From Desulfobulbaceae bacterium (GTDB lineage: Bacteria > Desulfobacterota > Desulfobulbia > Desulfobulbales > Desulfocapsaceae), in NCBI GenBank assembly GCA_031390685.1, contig JANMTN010000326.1, forward strand, positions 1 through 36,995: a DNA stretch of 36,995 bases. The letters run 5' to 3'. Positions 33,412 through 36,995 of the stretch are shown one piece after another. The notes beneath the pieces were generated by a model. It saw only the letters and a program-made list of their open reading frames with translations, had not been told where the DNA came from and did no database searches. Each line of letters starts with the position of its first letter. The stretch's first letter is position 1. A program made the translations under genes and the position numbers.

Positions 33412-34662
33412 TTACCGTTGTTGTAGCAGATATTTCCTGACAAGGTCAAGAGCTGTTTTGGCAGCAATCTCCTGAATTTGTTGCCTGTTGCCTGCGAAAT
33501 GAAAGAGTTTGGTCTGAATATTCTTTTTTGTGGCCATGCTGATATAAACGGTGCCAACCGGTTTTTCTATCGTCCCGCCATCAGGACCGGCAATGCCGGT
33601 CACGGCAATGGTGATATCGGCGTGACTTCGGCCCCGGACCCCAATGGCCATTGCCTCTGCCACCTCCCGGCTAACAGCGCCATGGCCTGCCAGCAGCTGT
33701 TCGCTCACATCCAGATATGCAGTTTTCATGCTGTTGGCGTAGGCAATGACTCCCCCCAGAAAATAACGGGAGCTGCCGGAGATGCTGGTCACCAGCTGAG
33801 CAATCATGCCTCCGGTGCATGATTCTGCCACCGCCAGGCGCAGGTTCGCACCATTGAGCAGGTGCCCGATGACCGAGGCCATGCTTTCTTCATCGCTGCC
33901 ATAAATGGCACCTCCCAGGCTCTTTTCTATCATCATGCATGCGGCCTCAAAGAGGGGAACAGGATTATTGCCTGCATTCCCGGCGGGGGTGCGCACGGTT
34001 AGGCTCAAATGCACTTCCGGGAAAACCGGGTAGTAGCCGATATGGATGTTTTGGTCCAGGGCCAGTTCAACGATCCGCTGGTTGATCTCGGCCTCAGCCA
34101 TGCCAAAGATCTTGTATATCCGCTGACAGGTTACAAGATGCCGGTCATGATTCCAGAGGGCAAGCCGGGGAAGGACCTGTTCCAGGAGCAGGGTCTGCAT
34201 CTGAAAGGGCACGCCGGGAAGGAAGAAGATCGGCTTATTGTCGTGTATCAATTGGTAGCCGGACATCTTGGACTGGACGGTCAGGGCCTCTGCCCCTTGT
34301 GGCAACCAGGCCAGTTTCTCCAGGGGATTCATAGGGCAGACGGAGATGGCATCAAGATGATTGCGGATCTGGGAGAGAAGTTCCAGATTGGGGACGGTGG
34401 GTCTATCAAGGGCCTCTGCTACCGCCTCGGTGGTCAGATCGTCGTCAGTAGAGCCCAATCCGCCCGTGACCAGAACGAAATCAACCCGGCTGATGGCACG
34501 TTTCAAGGCCTCGCCAATCAGGGCCGGGGAATCGCCGATGGTCTGCATGGCATAGACCTCGTATCCTGCCGCAAAGAGGTGTTGGGCCGCAAATCCGCTG
34601 GTGGTGTTGACGATCCGGCCTGAGATCAACTCATTGCCAATGGCTATTATCTCACCCTGCAT
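33412..34662 (-). CDS. cinA: CinA-family protein (MoCF-binding domain + PncC nicotinamide-nucleotide amidohydrolase domain)
   Basis: 416 aa. MQGEIIAIGNELISGRIVNT N-terminus and C-terminal AESCTGGMIA motif. Classic cinA-recA arrangement. Confidence 0.88.
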   Translation of the reverse strand: MQGEIIAIGNELISGRIVNTTSGFAAQHLFAAGYEVYAMQTIGDSPALIGEALKRAISRVDFVLVTGGLGSTDDDLTTEAVAEALDRPTVPNLELLSQIRNHLDAISVCPMNPLEKLAWLPQGAEALTVQSKMSGYQLIHDNKPIFFLPGVPFQMQTLLLEQVLPRLALWNHDRHLVTCQRIYKIFGMAEAEINQRIVELALDQNIHIGYYPVFPEVHLSLTVRTPAGNAGNNPVPLFEAACMMIEKSLGGAIYGSDEESMASVIGHLLNGANLRLAVAESCTGGMIAQLVTSISGSSRYFLGGVIAYANSMKTAYLDVSEQLLAGHGAVSREVAEAMAIGVRGRSHADITIAVTGIAGPDGGTIEKPVGTVYISMATKKNIQTKLFHFAGNRQQIQEIAAKTALDLVRKYLLQQR

Positions 34663-35971
34663 GGTTGTCCTCTGCGTTCAAACCACTTACCTGGGTCATG
34701 GAAACGGTCGTGAGGGTGACCGCGGTGATGGTGTTCATGAGAGAACGGTGACCAGGGAAACTGACCGGGATATAATTGTCAGTAAAGCCCTTGAGGTTGC
34801 CATCGGGATCACGTTTGTATTCAACGAGCACCGGCAGGGTAGCGCCCAGATACCTTTGATAAAACAGTCTCTTTTTTTCGGCATCCAGCTGTCTCAGCTG
34901 CGCCACCCGTTCTTCCTTGACCGCTTGCGAGACCTGCTGCTCAAAGGTGGCAGCGAGGGTGCCCGGTCGCTGGGAATAGGGGAAGACATGGAGGTAGGTA
35001 CAGTCAAGCTCCTGGAGCAGGGCGTGGGTATTGGCAAAGTGCTGGTCGGTCTCCCCGGGAAAGCCGACCAGCACATCAATGCCGATGGCGGCATCCGGCA
35101 GCCTTTTTCGGCATAAGGCAACGGTTTCCCTGAATTCTTTGGTGGTGTAACCACGGTTCATGCGGGCGAGGATGGTGTCATCACCGCTTTGCAGCGGGAT
35201 ATGGAGATGGGGCATGAAATTTTTCTGCCCGGCCATAAGGATAAGCAACTCAGCGCTGATCTCCATGGGCTCGATGGAACTCAGACGAAAACGGATCTCC
35301 GGATAGGCAAGACAGAGCCTTCGCATCAGCTCCACACAATCAGTGCCCTCCTGAAGATCTTTGCCATACAGCCCCACATGGATGCCGGTAACTACCATCT
35401 CCTTGTGCCCTTCCGAGGCAAAGATGGCGGCCTGATCGAGGACTTCCTCCGGGGGCAGGCTGCGGCTGGGACCGCGGGTATAGGGGACAATGCAGTAGGT
35501 GCAGAAATTGTGACAGCCATCCTGGACGCGGAGGCAGGCACGGGTCCGATTGCCAAAATGGCGCACAGGCAGCCGGCAGATCTCTTTTTTCTGGGAGATT
35601 CGGCCCATGAGCATGGTCAAGTCGCAAGGGGTATCACAGAGCGCAGCCTGCACCAGACGATCCTTATTGCCATTGCCCACAATGCAGACGGGCTTGTTCA
35701 CCATCTTTACCAGTTCCTGGGCGGCCATCTGGACGTAGCAGCCGGTGATAACGATTTTGGCTTCGGGATGTCTGCGCATGAGTTGCCGCACCGCCTGCCG
35801 GGACTGGATTCCAGCCTTGGCCGTCACGGCGCAGGTATTGATGACGATAATATCCGCTGCCTCTTTGGCCTGGACCATGACACAGCCCGCCGCCTCAAAA
35901 CCGGTCTGGAAGGCTGCAGATTCATACTGGTTGACCTTGCAGCCAAGCGTGGTTATTGCTATTTTTTTCAT
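34652..35971 (-). CDS. mtaB: MiaB-family radical-SAM methylthiotransferase, MtaB-like
   Basis: 439 aa. IAITTLGCKVNQYES N-terminus, radical-SAM CHNFCTYC, C-terminal TRAM-like region. 11-nt overlap with cinA. Confidence 0.75.
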   Translation of the reverse strand: MKKIAITTLGCKVNQYESAAFQTGFEAAGCVMVQAKEAADIIVINTCAVTAKAGIQSRQAVRQLMRRHPEAKIVITGCYVQMAAQELVKMVNKPVCIVGNGNKDRLVQAALCDTPCDLTMLMGRISQKKEICRLPVRHFGNRTRACLRVQDGCHNFCTYCIVPYTRGPSRSLPPEEVLDQAAIFASEGHKEMVVTGIHVGLYGKDLQEGTDCVELMRRLCLAYPEIRFRLSSIEPMEISAELLILMAGQKNFMPHLHIPLQSGDDTILARMNRGYTTKEFRETVALCRKRLPDAAIGIDVLVGFPGETDQHFANTHALLQELDCTYLHVFPYSQRPGTLAATFEQQVSQAVKEERVAQLRQLDAEKKRLFYQRYLGATLPVLVEYKRDPDGNLKGFTDNYIPVSFPGHRSLMNTITAVTLTTVSMTQVSGLNAEDNHAG

Positions 35972-36007
35972 TTTTCGTTGATGCTCAGTTTATGGCTGAT
36001 GAGCGTA

Positions 36008-36994
36008 TCATTCGATCTCGCCGCAGCCGAGCACCCTGTCACTTGCGTAGATTACGGCAAACTGGCCGGGGGTGACGGCCCGTTGCGGGCTGTCAAACTG
36101 GATTTCCCAGCGCTGGTCATCGATCTTGCTGATTCTGGCATCGGCGCCCTGATGCCGGTAGCGGATTCTGACCTGGTACTTCTGTCCTGCATCTGGAGCC
36201 TGATCAGCCAGCCAGTGAGGATGATGGATCAGCAGCCTGTCGCGGTACAGCTCTTCCTCTTTGCCGACAATGACGGTATTAGTTTTTGGGTCAAGCGCGG
36301 TGACATACCAGGGGCTGCTGTCGGCAATGCCCAATCCCCGGCGCTGACCAATGGTGTAATGAAAGAGGCCCTGGTGTGCCCCGAGTGCCAGCCCCTCCGT
36401 GGTGACAATTCGGCCGGACTGTTCAGCCTGAGGGATGCGTTCGCTCAGGAACTGCCCCACCGGGGTCGGGCCCAGAAAGCAGACATCCTGGCTCTCCTGC
36501 CCTCTGAAATCGATAAACCCGTTATCTTCAACAAGCTGATACACTTCTTCTTTTTTGCTCTCGCCCAAAGGGAAAAGGACCCGGCTCAATTGGCGCTGAT
36601 CCAGCCGGGCCAGGAAATAGGATTGATCTTTGGCTGTATCGTTTCCCGTGCAAAGCTGGTAGATGCTCCCCTCTTTCTCAATCCGCGCATAATGGCCGGT
36701 GGCCATGGCATCCATGCCTTGAGCCAGAATGGCATCCATAAAGAGGCCAAATTTTATGGTATGGTTGCAGATCATGCAGGGATTGGGGGTCAGCCCTTGT
36801 TGATAGGTCGTCGTGAAATAATGGAGGATGGTGGCAGTAAATTCATGGCTGAGTTCGATCACCTGCAGATCGATTGCAAGTTTCTCGGCAATGACGCGCA
36901 CCCGCTGTTCCTGTTCGATGAGATCAGGGCCGGCCAGGCGCATGAAAAATCCGTGGACTTCATAGTGTTGTTGAAGAAGCAGGACACAGGCAGT
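36008..36994 (-). CDS. mnmA: tRNA 2-thiouridine(34) synthase MnmA, 5'-truncated by the window edge
   Basis: The frame is open to the window end (...YEVHGFFMRLA...). PNPCMICNHTIKF, ATGHYAR, KDQSYFL motifs. Confidence 0.88.
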   Translation of the reverse strand, partial: TACVLLLQQHYEVHGFFMRLAGPDLIEQEQRVRVIAEKLAIDLQVIELSHEFTATILHYFTTTYQQGLTPNPCMICNHTIKFGLFMDAILAQGMDAMATGHYARIEKEGSIYQLCTGNDTAKDQSYFLARLDQRQLSRVLFPLGESKKEEVYQLVEDNGFIDFRGQESQDVCFLGPTPVGQFLSERIPQAEQSGRIVTTEGLALGAHQGLFHYTIGQRRGLGIADSSPWYVTALDPKTNTVIVGKEEELYRDRLLIHHPHWLADQAPDAGQKYQVRIRYRHQGADARISKIDDQRWEIQFDSPQRAVTPGQFAVIYASDRVLGCGEIE

Positions 36995-36995
36995 G

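Overview
This is a 37-kb chromosomal segment with about 37 protein-coding genes. I saw no rRNA, tRNA, CRISPR array, transposase or integrase. The gene content suggests an anaerobic Desulfobacterota-like (deltaproteobacterial) genome: a stand-alone atpZ-atpI-atpB-atpE module, a short anaerobe-type ThiC, several radical-SAM enzymes and a DVU0298-like HEAT protein. That taxonomic call is inference only.

Most of the window is housekeeping:
- a UbiD-family fragment, a pseudouridine synthase and IHF-beta
- RimO, a nucleoside phosphorylase, the F0 ATP synthase genes and HemL
- class I fumarate hydratase, ThiC, a GuaD-like deaminase and ferritin
- RecA, CinA, MtaB and MnmA

The non-routine parts are:
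1. An 11-gene type II secretion operon on the minus strand (14373-25586), in the permuted order gspG-H-I-J-K-L-M-N-C-D-E. It has no gspF platform gene and no gspO prepilin peptidase gene. The secretin carries a C-terminal TPR tail. The GspC-like protein ends in Glu/Pro tandem repeats instead of a PDZ domain. Three pseudopilins have unusually long leader peptides.
2. A convergent gene for a tail-anchored protein with three zinc ribbons and a long EP-rich repeat.
3. nikR followed on the same strand by an orphan CbbQ/CbbO-type AAA+/VWA pair, with no client gene nearby.
4. A family of ~115-130-nt intergenic repeats with three copies. Two of them form an inverted pair bracketing a gene for a cNMP-binding/DUF4388 protein.
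5. A ferritin / HEAT-like / (C-N hydrolase fused to heptose-1-phosphate adenylyltransferase) operon.

All family assignments come from motif recognition by eye on the supplied translations. No searches were run.
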